A DNA stretch of 32,000 bases from Cylindrospermopsis raciborskii Cr2010. Its GTDB lineage: Bacteria > Cyanobacteriota > Cyanobacteriia > Cyanobacteriales > Nostocaceae. Numbering within the stretch: the stretch's first letter is position 1; every line of letters starts with the position of its first letter. The stretch spans positions 1,800,001 through 1,832,000 of the forward strand of contig NZ_CP065936.1 of assembly GCF_003367075.2 (NCBI RefSeq), given 5' to 3'. The notes beneath the pieces are model-generated. The model worked only from the letters and a program-made list of their open reading frames with translations. It searched no databases and was not told the DNA's origin. The position numbers were made by a program, and so were the translations under genes. This document shows positions 15,999-25,648 of the stretch, in pieces.

Positions 15999-16572
15999 GG
16001 ATAGAGATATCGGTGTTATCATTAGTTGTCTGATTGATTTCCATTTGTGAACTTACCCAGGAACGGTAATCAGCAAGAAGATGGTGGGATATTCGTTGTT
16101 TAATTGTGAGTAGAACACTCTTGAGCAGACCATTACCAGAGGTTTCCAAAATCGCCTTGGGAGTTAGGGAAAAGGGGTAAGGAATATCCACCAAAACTTC
16201 TAGATCCGCTTTACCTTCTAATCGGGTATGATCAGCATCATGGTGAGGGGAGAGATACCCCTTTAAATTCAGAGCAAACCGCTGGTTAACATATTCAAAA
16301 CCCCGGATTTCACATCCTTGTGAACATAGATATATGGTTCCGTTGGCATCCGCCCAAACTCTCATATCTACTATAGGTTGGATATTTAATGACATGAAAG
16401 TTAAAGGACGCATTTTAAGACGAAACACTTCTTCGGAGATATGTTGAACTCTACTGTTATCAACCATAGTATTGACTAAGCGATGGGGCTGACGTAAGTA
16501 GTGCTGAATGGGGATGGACTGTTTAGGAACAGCAATTGTAACCGATTGGGAAGCAGTGAACTTAGTAGCCAT
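15982..16572 (-). CDS. DUF1997-family protein (cyanobacteria/plastid lineage)
   Basis: 196-aa ORF. The family assignment is from recalled similarity (...PIQHYLRQPHRLV...FRLKMRPLTFMSLNIQPIVDMRVW...). Its 3' end overlaps the rnhB 3' end by 17 nt. Confidence 0.65.
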   Translation of the reverse strand: MATKFTASQSVTIAVPKQSIPIQHYLRQPHRLVNTMVDNSRVQHISEEVFRLKMRPLTFMSLNIQPIVDMRVWADANGTIYLCSQGCEIRGFEYVNQRFALNLKGYLSPHHDADHTRLEGKADLEVLVDIPYPFSLTPKAILETSGNGLLKSVLLTIKQRISHHLLADYRSWVSSQMEINQTTNDNTDISILKVDF

Positions 16573-16632
16573 AGATTAAGGCGATATTTACAAATATTCA
16601 CAATTGTAACGTTTTTTGGTAGGGGAGGATAG

Positions 16633-17532
16633 GTGGATATCATCACATCAAGCGAAGAAATGAACATTGGGTATTTAGGACCACCGGGCACTTATTCGGA
16701 ACAAGCAGCTTCGTTTTATTTAAACTGGATTAAGGGAAATCAAGAATTTAAGGGAGAAGTCATTCTACGTCCATGTCCAACTATAGCTAAAGCACTACAG
16801 GCTGTAACAGTTCAAGAAGTTAATTTGGCAGTGGTTCCCGTGGAAAATTCCATTGAGGGAAGTGTAAGTATGACTATGGATAATTTATGGCAGTTGGAAA
16901 ATTTACAGATTAAACAAGCTTTAGTGCTGCCAATTAACCATTGTTTAATTTCCTGTGCTACCAAATTAGAAGATATTGAAATAGTTTATTCCCATCCTCA
17001 AGCATTAGCACAATGTCAAGGGTGGTTAGGGAAATTTCTCCCCCAAGCAAATTTAAGTGCAACTAGTTCCACCACTCAAGCTTTGGAAAAGCTGGGTAAA
17101 TCACCAACAACAGCAGCTATTTCCTCGGAGAAAGCAGCTCAAATGTATGATTTACCCATATTGAGTGACAGAATTAATGACTATCCTGACAACTGTACGA
17201 GATTTTGGGTGGTAGCACCAGAAAGTGGGGGGGGAAGTTCTTCAAGTTCATCAACCCACACATCCTTAGCATTTAGTGTCCCGGCCAATATTCCCGGTGC
17301 ATTAGTTAAAGTATTACAAGTATTTGCGGATTTAGGAATTAATTTGAGCCGAATTGAATCTCGTCCTACCAAACGCTCTTTGGGGGAATACCTGTTTTTT
17401 CTCGATATAGAAGCCAGTGTTTTCTCATCGTTAATGACTACTGCTCTAAAAAATATAAGTATTAATGTTGAAATATTAAAAATATTTGGTAGTTATACAG
17501 TCTTAACAGTTGATTCAGATAAAATCAAATAA
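16633..17532 (+). CDS. pheA: Prephenate dehydratase (PDT domain plus ACT domain)
   Basis: 299-aa ORF with [31 protein letters not shown] and the ACT-domain [22 protein letters not shown] at 16633 is preceded by GGAGG (16624-16628). ATG at 16660 is an alternative start. Confidence 0.88.
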   Translation: MDIITSSEEMNIGYLGPPGTYSEQAASFYLNWIKGNQEFKGEVILRPCPTIAKALQAVTVQEVNLAVVPVENSIEGSVSMTMDNLWQLENLQIKQALVLPINHCLISCATKLEDIEIVYSHPQALAQCQGWLGKFLPQANLSATSSTTQALEKLGKSPTTAAISSEKAAQMYDLPILSDRINDYPDNCTRFWVVAPESGGGSSSSSSTHTSLAFSVPANIPGALVKVLQVFADLGINLSRIESRPTKRSLGEYLFFLDIEASVFSSLMTTALKNISINVEILKIFGSYTVLTVDSDKIK

Positions 17533-18720
17533 ATAATGGGCCAGTTGCAACTTAGAACAGGAGGAAATATCTAACCGCTCTCCTTTTGTTTTTAAAAACA
17601 CTGCTTGATTATTATCAGAGCCAAAACCACTGTCAGATTTATCAATGGGGTTGGCCACGATAACATCTAAATTCTTCCTTTGTAATTTCTCTTGCGCAGG
17701 GGTGACAATATCCCCAGTTTGTGCTGCAAAACCAATTAGTAATTGATGGGGTTGTTTGATTTTGCCCAGGTGGGCTATTATATCTGATACTGGTGCTAAA
17801 GGTATACTTTCAGGTAAAGAGGACTTAGGGATTTTTTCTGCACTATAATCCCTCGGTTTTACATCCGCAACTGCTGCGGACATAATAATTATATTGGCAA
17901 TGGGAAAATATTCTAACATCACTTCTTGCATTTGTGCTGCACTAATCACCCGTATACCCTTTACCCCCAGGGGAACACTCCAACTGGAAGGACAATGGAC
18001 TAGTGTTACCTCCGCTCCCCTGTGTAGTGCTGCTTGTGCAAGAGCTAATCCCATTTTACCTGTTGCTGGATTGCCAATAAACCGCACCGGATCTAAATAT
18101 TCCCTAGTTCCTCCCCCACTAATCAAAACTTGTTTTCCCCTTAAATCTCTTTTCCCTTGAGTATGTAATAAAGATTTCACCCAAACCTCTATTTCCTCCG
18201 GTTCCGCCATTCTCCCCGCCCCCGTGCGATCGCACGCTAATAGTCCCTGAGCGGTTTGCATAGCATAAAACCGAGGATTTGTCAATATTTGTTGCCAATT
18301 CCTTTGCACTGTGATCTGTTCCCACATATCGGTATTCATAGCAGGTGCTAAAAGTATGGGACAGGTAGAAGCTAAAACCGTATTTGTTAATAAGTTATCA
18401 GCTATGCCATAAGCCAATTTAGCTATAGTATTGGCTGTTAAAGGAGCAATAACCATAAGATCGGCCCACTCTCCCAATTCTATATGGAGCGGACGGGAGT
18501 AGATTGGTTGCCAAAAGTCATCATCAGTATAAGCCTGATGGCGAGACAGGGTAGAAACAGTTAGGGGAGTAATGAATTTTTGAGCTGAATTAGTGAGGAT
18601 AACTCTTAGTTCCACTTGTGATTGGAACAGGGTGGAAATTAACTGACAAACCTTATAAGCTGCGATACCACCTCCCACAGCAACAATGACCTTTTTTCTT
18701 TCCGAATTGCTAGTTGACAT
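17515..18720 (-). CDS. coaBC: Bifunctional phosphopantothenoylcysteine decarboxylase / phosphopantothenate-cysteine ligase
   Basis: The ORF is open to 18744, but I prefer the ATG at 18720 ([23 protein letters not shown]...). It has the flavoprotein N-domain (PAMNTDMW) and a CoaB C-domain. Its 3' end overlaps the pheA 3' end by 18 nt. Confidence 0.9.
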   Translation of the reverse strand: MSTSNSERKKVIVAVGGGIAAYKVCQLISTLFQSQVELRVILTNSAQKFITPLTVSTLSRHQAYTDDDFWQPIYSRPLHIELGEWADLMVIAPLTANTIAKLAYGIADNLLTNTVLASTCPILLAPAMNTDMWEQITVQRNWQQILTNPRFYAMQTAQGLLACDRTGAGRMAEPEEIEVWVKSLLHTQGKRDLRGKQVLISGGGTREYLDPVRFIGNPATGKMGLALAQAALHRGAEVTLVHCPSSWSVPLGVKGIRVISAAQMQEVMLEYFPIANIIIMSAAVADVKPRDYSAEKIPKSSLPESIPLAPVSDIIAHLGKIKQPHQLLIGFAAQTGDIVTPAQEKLQRKNLDVIVANPIDKSDSGFGSDNNQAVFLKTKGERLDISSCSKLQLAHYLFDFI

Positions 18721-18742
18721 GAAATTGGTACAAATGAAAATC

Positions 18743-18775
18743 AAAACTACCCAAGATCTAGATCTGGGTAGTTTT
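18743..18775 (-). terminator. Strong hairpin, likely psbB-psbT terminator
   Basis: AAAACTACCCA / TGGGTAGTTTT (11 bp) flanks the self-complementary AGATCTAGATCT. On the minus strand it is followed by GATTTTCATTT. It lies 31 nt after the psbT stop. Confidence 0.55.
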
Positions 18776-18806
18776 GAGTGATTTTTGAGCGGTTCAACCC
18801 TAAGTA

Positions 18807-18914
18807 TTACTCTTTGGGTTTTCTTTCAAAGCGAGGAGGTTCACGAAAGGCGATCGCAAAGAATAGAACACCTATTGCTAAAGCCAAAATTAAAATGTAT
18901 GCAACGCTTTCCAT
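18807..18914 (-). CDS. psbT: Photosystem II reaction-centre protein T
   Basis: Hand-found 35-aa ORF (below the track cut-off): [35 protein letters not shown]. It carries the PsbT hallmark FFAI.FREPPR. It lies 155 nt downstream of psbB on the same strand, with AGGAAA upstream of the ATG. Confidence 0.88.
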   Translation of the reverse strand: MESVAYILILALAIGVLFFAIAFREPPRFERKPKE

Positions 18915-19028
18915 GTTAGGATTTCCTATCAGGGTAGTATTTTGATTTTATCAAACACAGTGAAAACCGGGAGGTTTGGTCACCAATTGACATTAAACAG
19001 GCCCGGTGGCAAAAAGTAGGAAGTCTGA

Positions 19029-19054
19029 AGACCCATACTTTAGACCCATACTTT
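19029..19054. repeat. Perfect tandem duplication of the 13-mer AGACCCATACTTT
   Basis: Copies at 19029-19041 and 19042-19054, immediately downstream of the psbB stop in the psbB-psbT spacer. Confidence 0.8.
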
Positions 19055-19069
19055 TTACCTTACACCTAA

Positions 19070-20599
19070 TTAAGCTTCCTTGCGAACACGAGTGGTCTTA
19101 TCACCCAATTTTTGGAATAGACCCCACTCTACTTGTTCTTCTAGATCCGCTTCCACACCTGCGAATACATCGCGGTAGATAGTTCTAGCACCATGCCAGA
19201 TGTGACCAAAGAAGAATAAGAGAGCAAATACAGCGTGACCGAAGGTAAACCAACCTCTAGGAGAGGTGCGGAACACACCATCAGATCCCAAGGTTTCACG
19301 GTCGAATTCAAAAATTTCCCCACCTTGAGCTTTCCGAGCATATTTCTTCACATCAGCAGGGTCTGTGAATGTTTGACCATTCAAATTACCACCGTAGAAG
19401 CTAACAGTTACACCCGTTTGCTCAAAGCTGTATCTGGATTCCGCCCGACGGAAAGGAATGTCAGCGCGGACAACCCCATCCTTATCGGTCAAAATCACAG
19501 GGAAGGTTTCAAAGAAGTTAGGTAGACGACGAACAGTCAGTTCCCTTCCTTCCGAATCTGTGAATACTGCATGACCTTGCCAAGATTGGGCAATGCCATC
19601 ACCCTTAACCATAGGACCTGTGCGGAATAATCCACCTTTAGCCGGACTATTACCCACATAGTCGTAAAAAGCTAACTTTTCAGGGATTTGTGACCATGCT
19701 TCTGTTAAAGTCGCACCACCAGCTACACTGGATTGCACACGACGTTGAATCTCTTGTCGGAAGTATCCTTGATCCCACTGGTAGCGGGTAGGTCCAAACA
19801 GTTCAATGGGTGTAGTTGCATTTCCATACCACATTGTTCCTGCTACTACGAAAGCGGCAAAGAACACTGCTGCAATACTGCTGGAAAGTACGGTTTCGAT
19901 ATTACCCATCCGTAGAGCTTTGTAGAGCCTTTCCGGTGGTCTAACCGATAGGTGGAATAGTCCGGCAATAATACCTACCACCCCTGCAGCAATATGGTGA
20001 GCCACAACACCACCAGGGTTAAAGGGGTTAAAGCCTGCTGGTCCCCATTCAGGTGCTACTGGTTGAATACTGCCAGTTAAACCATAAGCATCAGAAACCC
20101 ACATTCCTGGACCAAATAGACCAGTGAGATGGAAAGCACCAAATCCAAAACAAAGTAAACCGGATAAGAACAAATGAATGCCAAACATTTTTGGCAAATC
20201 TAAAGCAGATTCGCCAGTGCGGGGATCTCTAAACAGTTCCAAATCCCAATAAACCCAGTGCCAAACAGCAGCTAGGAATAATAGACCGGAGAGAACTATA
20301 TGAGCAGCAGCTACGCCTTCAAATGACCAGAAGCCAGGATCTACTGCTGTACCACCTGTTACGCTCCAACCGCCCCAGGATTCGGTTACACCCAAACGTG
20401 CCATGAAGGGTAATACGAACATCCCTTGTCGCCACATCGGGTTGAGAACAGGATCACTAGGATCGTAAACAGCTAATTCATAGAGTGCCATTGAACCAGC
20501 CCAGCCAGCAACTAAGGCTGTGTGCATTAAGTGTACGGAAATCAGTCGGCCTGGATCGTTCAGCACCACTGTATGTACTCGGTACCAAGGTAGTCCCAT
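19070..20599 (-). CDS. psbB: Photosystem II CP47 chlorophyll apoprotein
   Basis: 509-aa ORF beginning [43 protein letters not shown], unmistakably CP47. AAGGAGG sits 6-7 nt upstream of the ATG. Confidence 0.97.
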   Translation of the reverse strand: MGLPWYRVHTVVLNDPGRLISVHLMHTALVAGWAGSMALYELAVYDPSDPVLNPMWRQGMFVLPFMARLGVTESWGGWSVTGGTAVDPGFWSFEGVAAAHIVLSGLLFLAAVWHWVYWDLELFRDPRTGESALDLPKMFGIHLFLSGLLCFGFGAFHLTGLFGPGMWVSDAYGLTGSIQPVAPEWGPAGFNPFNPGGVVAHHIAAGVVGIIAGLFHLSVRPPERLYKALRMGNIETVLSSSIAAVFFAAFVVAGTMWYGNATTPIELFGPTRYQWDQGYFRQEIQRRVQSSVAGGATLTEAWSQIPEKLAFYDYVGNSPAKGGLFRTGPMVKGDGIAQSWQGHAVFTDSEGRELTVRRLPNFFETFPVILTDKDGVVRADIPFRRAESRYSFEQTGVTVSFYGGNLNGQTFTDPADVKKYARKAQGGEIFEFDRETLGSDGVFRTSPRGWFTFGHAVFALLFFFGHIWHGARTIYRDVFAGVEADLEEQVEWGLFQKLGDKTTRVRKEA

Positions 20600-21018
20600 T
20601 GACTACGCCCCTCCTTAAAAAGTTAGTTTACAAAGCAATTTTCTTACTGAGACTGCTCAGGTGATAATCTACCATCCACAGGTCTCCGGTGAGTTTTTGT
20701 TATTGCCAGTCTTGATTGATATTTCCCCGCTTTAGAAAAATGGGGATTCTAATTGGTGAGTGCATACGGGTTGAAACCTCGCATTTACTCAATAGCCGTG
20801 TGGCTAGGTTTATTATCGCCGATTTGCCGTCATAAGTTAAGTCTTCCAGCTCATCACTTTTAAGAACTCTCTTATTTCAGCTCCGAGCAAAAATGAGAAT
20901 TTTTTAGTAAGTATAACCTGAAAATGTGATTGTTGATCCAAATGTCTTTGTTATTATTCCAGGAGAAGGAGGTCAAGTTTGGTAAGTTCGCCAAATTATC
21001 GCTAAGTTTAAAACAACA

Positions 21019-22656
21019 ATGGCCATAACTAAGTTTTTCCGCTGGTTAGGGAAACCAGTTAAATTTCTATCCCTATTCTCTTTGTGCTTCTTACTGACCA
21101 TTAGCTGTAGTCCCACTCAGCATTCCAATACCCCTCCCCAGAATCTTTCCGCTGATGCTCGCATTACCATAGGCACTACTGCCAAACCAAGAACTCTTGA
21201 CCCCGCTGATGCTTATGAGTTAGCATCCCTGGGTTTAATTTTTAATATGAGCGATCGCCTGTATACGTATAATCCAGGTAGCACGGAAATTCAACCACAA
21301 CTGGCTACTTCTTTACCTAAAGTTAGTGCGGATGGGTTAACATATACCATACCTTTGCGTAAAGATGTGGTTTTTCACGATGGTACTCCCTTTAACGCTA
21401 AAGCTATGGAATTCAGTATTCAGCGGTTTATAGAAAATAAGGGTAAACCCTCGTTTTTACTTTCTGATACTATAGACTCAGTAAAAGCAACTAAGGAACA
21501 TGAATTAACAATTAGGTTAAAAAAACCTTTTGCCGCTTTTCCTGCTTTATTAGCCTTTTCGGGGGTGTGTCCGGTATCACCTAAATCCTATCAAATTGGG
21601 GCGGGTAAATTCCAACCTAATATATTTGTGGGAACTGGTCCATATAAACTCCAAGAATATGGGGCGGATTCGTTAAAATTTGATGTTTTTGACCAATATT
21701 GGGGAGAAAAACCGGCAAATAAGGGGATTAACGTACAAATTCAATCTAGTCCCGTCAACCTGTTTAATGCCTTTAAAACAGGGGCGTTTGACGTTGCTTA
21801 TTTGTCATTACAACCAGATCAAATTCGCAGTTTAGAAGAGGGAGCAAAAACAGGAAATTGGCAAGCAATAACTGCTCAAGGTAGTGTAGTTAGTTATATG
21901 GTACTCAATAGAAATCAACAACCCCTAGATCAACCAGAAGTACGAAAGGCGATCGCTTCATTAGTCAATCGTTCCCTATTGAACGACAGGGTGTTATATG
22001 GTCAAGCGGATCCGCTTTATAGCATGATTCCGACAACATTTAATGTTTCCCAACCATTATTTAAAAACAAATATGGTGATGGAGAATTTGACCGAGCCAA
22101 AAACCTGTTAACTGCTGCGGGATTCTCTGTAGAAAAGCCAGCCAAAATTCAAGTTTGGTATCCTTCCAGTTCACCTACCCGCAGTTTAGTGGCACAAACC
22201 TTAAAATCCCTAGCTGACACCAAAATGGGTGGAATATTACAACTAGAAATTAAAACTGTAGAAGGAGCAACATTCTTCAAAGAAATTTCTAAAGGTTCCT
22301 ATCCCATAGCCCTATTAGATTGGTATCCGGACTTTTTAGATCCCGATAACTATGTCCAACCATTTTTGGCATGTGAGCAAGGTTCAGAAAGCAAAGGTTG
22401 TGAAAAAGGTGGTAGTCAAACCCAAGGAGCTTTTTATTATAGCCAAACCATGAATAAATTGATTGATCAACAGCGTCAAGAGCAGAATCCAGAAGCCAGA
22501 AAGAAAATATTTAATCAGATTCAGAACCTGGTTTTAGAAGATGTTCCTTATATTCCCCTATGGCAAAATAAAGATTATGTTTTTGCCCAAAAAGGTGTGA
22601 ACAACGTCCAACTTGATCCCACTCAGAATCTGATTTACAAAAACATCAAAAAATAA
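21019..22656 (+). CDS. ABC-transporter substrate-binding protein, family 5 (peptide/nickel/opine type), probable lipoprotein
   Basis: 545-aa ORF with a signal peptide ending ...CFLLTISC|SPT. It has family-5 SBP features (TLDPA..Y, ...FHDGTPFNAKA..., LLDWYPDFLDPDNY). Confidence 0.88.
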   Translation: MAITKFFRWLGKPVKFLSLFSLCFLLTISCSPTQHSNTPPQNLSADARITIGTTAKPRTLDPADAYELASLGLIFNMSDRLYTYNPGSTEIQPQLATSLPKVSADGLTYTIPLRKDVVFHDGTPFNAKAMEFSIQRFIENKGKPSFLLSDTIDSVKATKEHELTIRLKKPFAAFPALLAFSGVCPVSPKSYQIGAGKFQPNIFVGTGPYKLQEYGADSLKFDVFDQYWGEKPANKGINVQIQSSPVNLFNAFKTGAFDVAYLSLQPDQIRSLEEGAKTGNWQAITAQGSVVSYMVLNRNQQPLDQPEVRKAIASLVNRSLLNDRVLYGQADPLYSMIPTTFNVSQPLFKNKYGDGEFDRAKNLLTAAGFSVEKPAKIQVWYPSSSPTRSLVAQTLKSLADTKMGGILQLEIKTVEGATFFKEISKGSYPIALLDWYPDFLDPDNYVQPFLACEQGSESKGCEKGGSQTQGAFYYSQTMNKLIDQQRQEQNPEARKKIFNQIQNLVLEDVPYIPLWQNKDYVFAQKGVNNVQLDPTQNLIYKNIKK

Positions 22657-22682
22657 AAACCAACAACCCTAATTATTGCCCT

Positions 22683-23708
22683 ATGTCTCGGTCTAAAGCC
22701 CTACAGTATTACATAGCTTCTCGGTTATTATTTGCACCGCTGCAATTATTAACCATTGTCACCATTGTTTTTCTTTTACTAAGAGCAACACCGGGAGATC
22801 CAGCAGATGCAATTTTAGGAGGTAGGGCTCCAGAAAGTGCCAAAGAAGAACTGAGAAAACAATTAGGATTAGACCTACCCATTTGGCTACAGTATATCAA
22901 CTACCTGGGGAACATCCTACGTTTTGACCTGGGTAGTTCCCTAACTAGTCGGGGTCAAAACGTCTGGCAAATCATCAGTCAACATTTTCCTGCAACGATG
23001 GAACTAGCAGTTTGTAGCATGTTAGTAGCGCTCATTGTGGGGATTTTAGTAGGAACCCTTTCTGCATCCCGTCCAGGAACTCCCTTGGATTTGGGGGGGA
23101 GATTATTTGGCATTATCACCTATGCACTCCCCATGTTCTGGGCGGGGATGTTATTACAATTAGTCTTCTCTGTCCAGTTACAATGGTTCCCTAATTCTAA
23201 TCGTTTTCCTCCCAATATTAGTCCCCCCACAACCATTACTGGTTTATATACCATTGATAGTTTATTGAGTGGTAACTTGAATTATTTTTTCCTGGCCTTG
23301 CATCATTTAGCTCTACCCAGTTTAACCCTAGGAATTTTATTAAGTGGTATTTTTGAGCGAATAGTTAGAGTCAACTTAAAAGAAACTCTAAAAGCTGACT
23401 ATGTGGAAGCAGCTCGAGCTAGAGGAATACCAGAAAACAAGATTTTAGTATCCCACGCTTTAAAAAATGCCCTCATACCAGTAATTACAGTTTTAGGGTT
23501 AACATTTGCTTCCCTATTGGGAGGAGCAATTTTAACCGAGGTGACTTTTTCTTGGCCTGGGTTGGCCAATAGACTATATCAAGCAATTGCTGACAGGGAT
23601 TATACCACCGTGCAGGGAGTGTTAGTATTTTTCGGGGGAATTGTTGTTAGTGCTAGTATTGTGATTGATATTCTCAATGCTTATATAGATCCAAGAATTA
23701 GATATTAG
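22683..23708 (+). CDS. ABC-transporter permease (DppB/OppB type)
   Basis: 341-aa polytopic ORF with the N-terminal LLRATPGDPA motif, the EAA loop (DYVEAARARGIPENKILVSHALKNA) and the C-terminal DPRIRY. Confidence 0.9.
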   Translation: MSRSKALQYYIASRLLFAPLQLLTIVTIVFLLLRATPGDPADAILGGRAPESAKEELRKQLGLDLPIWLQYINYLGNILRFDLGSSLTSRGQNVWQIISQHFPATMELAVCSMLVALIVGILVGTLSASRPGTPLDLGGRLFGIITYALPMFWAGMLLQLVFSVQLQWFPNSNRFPPNISPPTTITGLYTIDSLLSGNLNYFFLALHHLALPSLTLGILLSGIFERIVRVNLKETLKADYVEAARARGIPENKILVSHALKNALIPVITVLGLTFASLLGGAILTEVTFSWPGLANRLYQAIADRDYTTVQGVLVFFGGIVVSASIVIDILNAYIDPRIRY

Positions 23709-23744
23709 GTGTAGGCTTGTTTAGTTCTCCTGATTTGAATGGAA

Positions 23745-23769
23745 CCACCTAAATCTTAGATTTGGGTGG
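23745..23769. terminator. Hairpin between the convergent permease genes (possible bidirectional terminator)
   Basis: CCACCTAAATC, loop TTA, GATTTGGGTGG (11 bp including one U-G pair). Only short T/A runs flank it. Confidence 0.4.
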
Positions 23770-23771
23770 GT

Positions 23772-24884
23772 TTAACGAATACTCCGGGGGTCAAGAGCAT
23801 CTCTCAATCCATCACCAAGCAAATTAAATGCTAAAACCGTCAATATTATCAGCATAGCTGGAGCTAGAACTAACCACGGTTGTAAAACTAAAATAGAAGC
23901 ATTACTGGCTAAAGAAAGCATGTTTCCCCAAGAAGGATCAGGTTGTTGAATACCTAAACCAATTAAACTTAATACCGCTTCTGCTCCTATAAAACTAGGA
24001 ATAGCTAAAGTAGCTGAAATAATTACATAACTGGCAGTTTGAGGTAATATATGACGCAAGATGATATAAAAAGGTTTGCCTCCTATAGCTAGTGACGCTT
24101 GAACAAATTCCTGTTCTTTAATAGACAAGACTTGACCACGAATTACTCGGGCCAAACCAGCCCAACTAATCACTGAAGTAATTAAGACTATTAGCAGAAA
24201 TCTTTGTGTGCTGGTCAATTGAGGACTTAAAATTCCTGACAGTGCTGCTAATAAGTAAATACTAGGAAAGGTCATCAAAACTTCTGCCAACCGCATAATA
24301 ATAATATCAATCCAACCACCAAAATAGCCAGAAATACCACCAATGATTAAACCTAATGGGTAGGTAATAATAATCCCAAAAATCCCAATAAATAGACTAA
24401 TCCTTCCTCCATGTAGCAATCGACTAAATTGGTCTCTACCCTGTTCATCTGTTCCCAATAGGTTAAATTTGGCTGGATCTTTAGCACCAAACAAATGTAA
24501 ATTTAGGGTGATACCAGGAATAATCTTTACTTCTTCCCATGCGGGAGGTAAGGGTAATTTTACCTCGAATAATGTATATTCAGAACCAACTACAAATAAA
24601 CCCAGAGATGATGGTTTTTGAAAATCAACAATTAGTTTTCTTTCTCCGGTTTCTAAATTTGTATCCCCCTGAGTTGTGGGATAAATATGTGGTCCAATAA
24701 ATTTACCATCTGGCGTTTTCCAATAAATTTTGGTTGGTGGTAATAGAGAACCATGAGGTTGAGAATCATAGGGATTATAGGGCGCTATAAAATCGGCACC
24801 AATTACTCCTATGTAAAATACTAACAGTATTATTGCACCAAATCGCGCTAAGTTGTTATTCTTTAGTCTTTGCCACCAGTTCAT
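23772..24884 (-). CDS. ABC-transporter permease (DppC/OppC type) with an extended periplasmic loop after TM1
   Basis: 370-aa ORF with LLGTDEQGRDQFSRLLHGGRISL, the EAA loop (EFVQASLAIGGKPFYIILRHILPQ) and the C-terminal LRDALDPR. About 120 residues separate TM1 from the GTDxxGRD motif. Confidence 0.88.
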   Translation of the reverse strand: MNWWQRLKNNNLARFGAIILLVFYIGVIGADFIAPYNPYDSQPHGSLLPPTKIYWKTPDGKFIGPHIYPTTQGDTNLETGERKLIVDFQKPSSLGLFVVGSEYTLFEVKLPLPPAWEEVKIIPGITLNLHLFGAKDPAKFNLLGTDEQGRDQFSRLLHGGRISLFIGIFGIIITYPLGLIIGGISGYFGGWIDIIIMRLAEVLMTFPSIYLLAALSGILSPQLTSTQRFLLIVLITSVISWAGLARVIRGQVLSIKEQEFVQASLAIGGKPFYIILRHILPQTASYVIISATLAIPSFIGAEAVLSLIGLGIQQPDPSWGNMLSLASNASILVLQPWLVLAPAMLIILTVLAFNLLGDGLRDALDPRSIR

Positions 24885-25000
24885 AGTTCTAATTTCTGAT
24901 TTTAATTACAATAGGAGGGATATGGCAAAAATCTCTTGACAGTAACAGATTTTTGCCTTACCATTGAACCTGGGTTCAATGGCTTATTCAACTCTTTAAT

Positions 25001-25072
25001 GCGGGTGTAATTCAGTGGTAGAATGTCTGCCTCCCATGCAGAATGTCGTGGGTTCGAGTCCCATCACCCGCT
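25001..25072 (+). tRNA. tRNA-Gly (anticodon CCC)
   Basis: Folded by hand into a cloverleaf:
- Acceptor stem GCGGGTG/CACCCGC.
- D stem ATTC/GAAT.
- Anticodon stem TCTGC/GCAGA with loop CT-CCC-AT.
- T stem GTGGG/CCCAT with loop TTCGAGT.
- Discriminator T; CCA is not encoded. Confidence 0.92.
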
Positions 25073-25080
25073 TTTAGTCC

Positions 25081-25575
25081 CTATCTACAACCTAGGGATT
25101 CACGAGTGTCAACTCCCGTTTGAGAGTTAACTCCACTAGCATCAGCACACAATTTTTTCACCTCCACTCCATCTAAAATGGCATTGGTAAAGTCAGCACC
25201 GGTAATATCCACATTGTTAAATGTCGAGCGTAACATCATGGCATTAGTAAAAATGGCATCGCTTAAATTAGAATTCTTAAAATTAGACAAGTAAGAGATT
25301 CCGTCACTAAAGTTGACTCCATGTAAATTTGTATCAATCAACAGTGTGCCATTAAATACTACACCTCGCAAATCAGCATTGCTAAAGTTAGCATTTTCCA
25401 ATTTAATGTTGGTGAACTCCTTACCTACTAAACTTTTTCCCGAATAATCTTGAATTTCTATCTTACTCCCTGCAGACCGGGTAATACTAGAAGAACTGGC
25501 TGCTTGTGCGGATAAGTTAGATACAAAGAACACTGCGGTTAAAACTAAACCGACAAATATTTGCCAATACTTCAT
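25081..25575 (-). CDS. Pentapeptide-repeat protein with signal peptide (thylakoid-lumen/periplasmic type)
   Basis: 164-aa ORF with a cleavable-looking signal (MKYWQIFVGLVLTAVFFVSNLSAQA). This is followed by pentapeptide repeats (NANFSNADLRGVVFNGTLLIDTNLHGVNFSDG...) and a Cys-containing C-terminal cap. Confidence 0.85.
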   Translation of the reverse strand: MKYWQIFVGLVLTAVFFVSNLSAQAASSSSITRSAGSKIEIQDYSGKSLVGKEFTNIKLENANFSNADLRGVVFNGTLLIDTNLHGVNFSDGISYLSNFKNSNLSDAIFTNAMMLRSTFNNVDITGADFTNAILDGVEVKKLCADASGVNSQTGVDTRESLGCR

Positions 25576-25648
25576 GATTTTTGAGTAATAAATCTTATCA
25601 ATCTACAATATTAGAATATCTAAAATACAGTCAGTTAACTCAAAACTC

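Noticed and set aside
19141-19915. Several 60-96 aa ORFs inside or antisense to psbB
   Set aside because: They are fully nested in the unmistakable CP47 reading frame and are by-products of its codon bias.
20740-20835. 31-codon + strand ORF (MGILIGECIRVETSHLLNSRVARFIIADLPS) in the psbB upstream region
   Set aside because: It has no ribosome-binding site and no hydrophobic or otherwise protein-like pattern, and it lies where the psbB promoter and 5' UTR are expected on the other strand.
20961-21003. Very strong Shine-Dalgarno-like AGGAGAAGGAGG (20961-20972) followed by a TTG and an 8-codon ORF upstream of the binding-protein gene
   Set aside because: The mini-ORF is out of frame with the 21019 CDS. 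An in-frame TAA at 20983-20985 also blocks any N-terminal extension. There is too little evidence to call it a leader peptide.
24950-25120. tRNA-Gly as an integration hotspot for a genomic island
   Set aside because: There is no integrase, no direct repeat of the tRNA 3' end, and no compositional shift nearby. The flanking genes are ordinary (a transporter permease and a lumenal pentapeptide protein).
25576-25648. Glycine riboswitch upstream of gcvT
   Set aside because: Only 73 nt separate the neighbouring divergently transcribed gene's start codon from the gcvT start. The region is A/T-rich promoter-like DNA (TAGAAT at 25612-25617). It has no room for, and no resemblance to, the tandem glycine aptamers.
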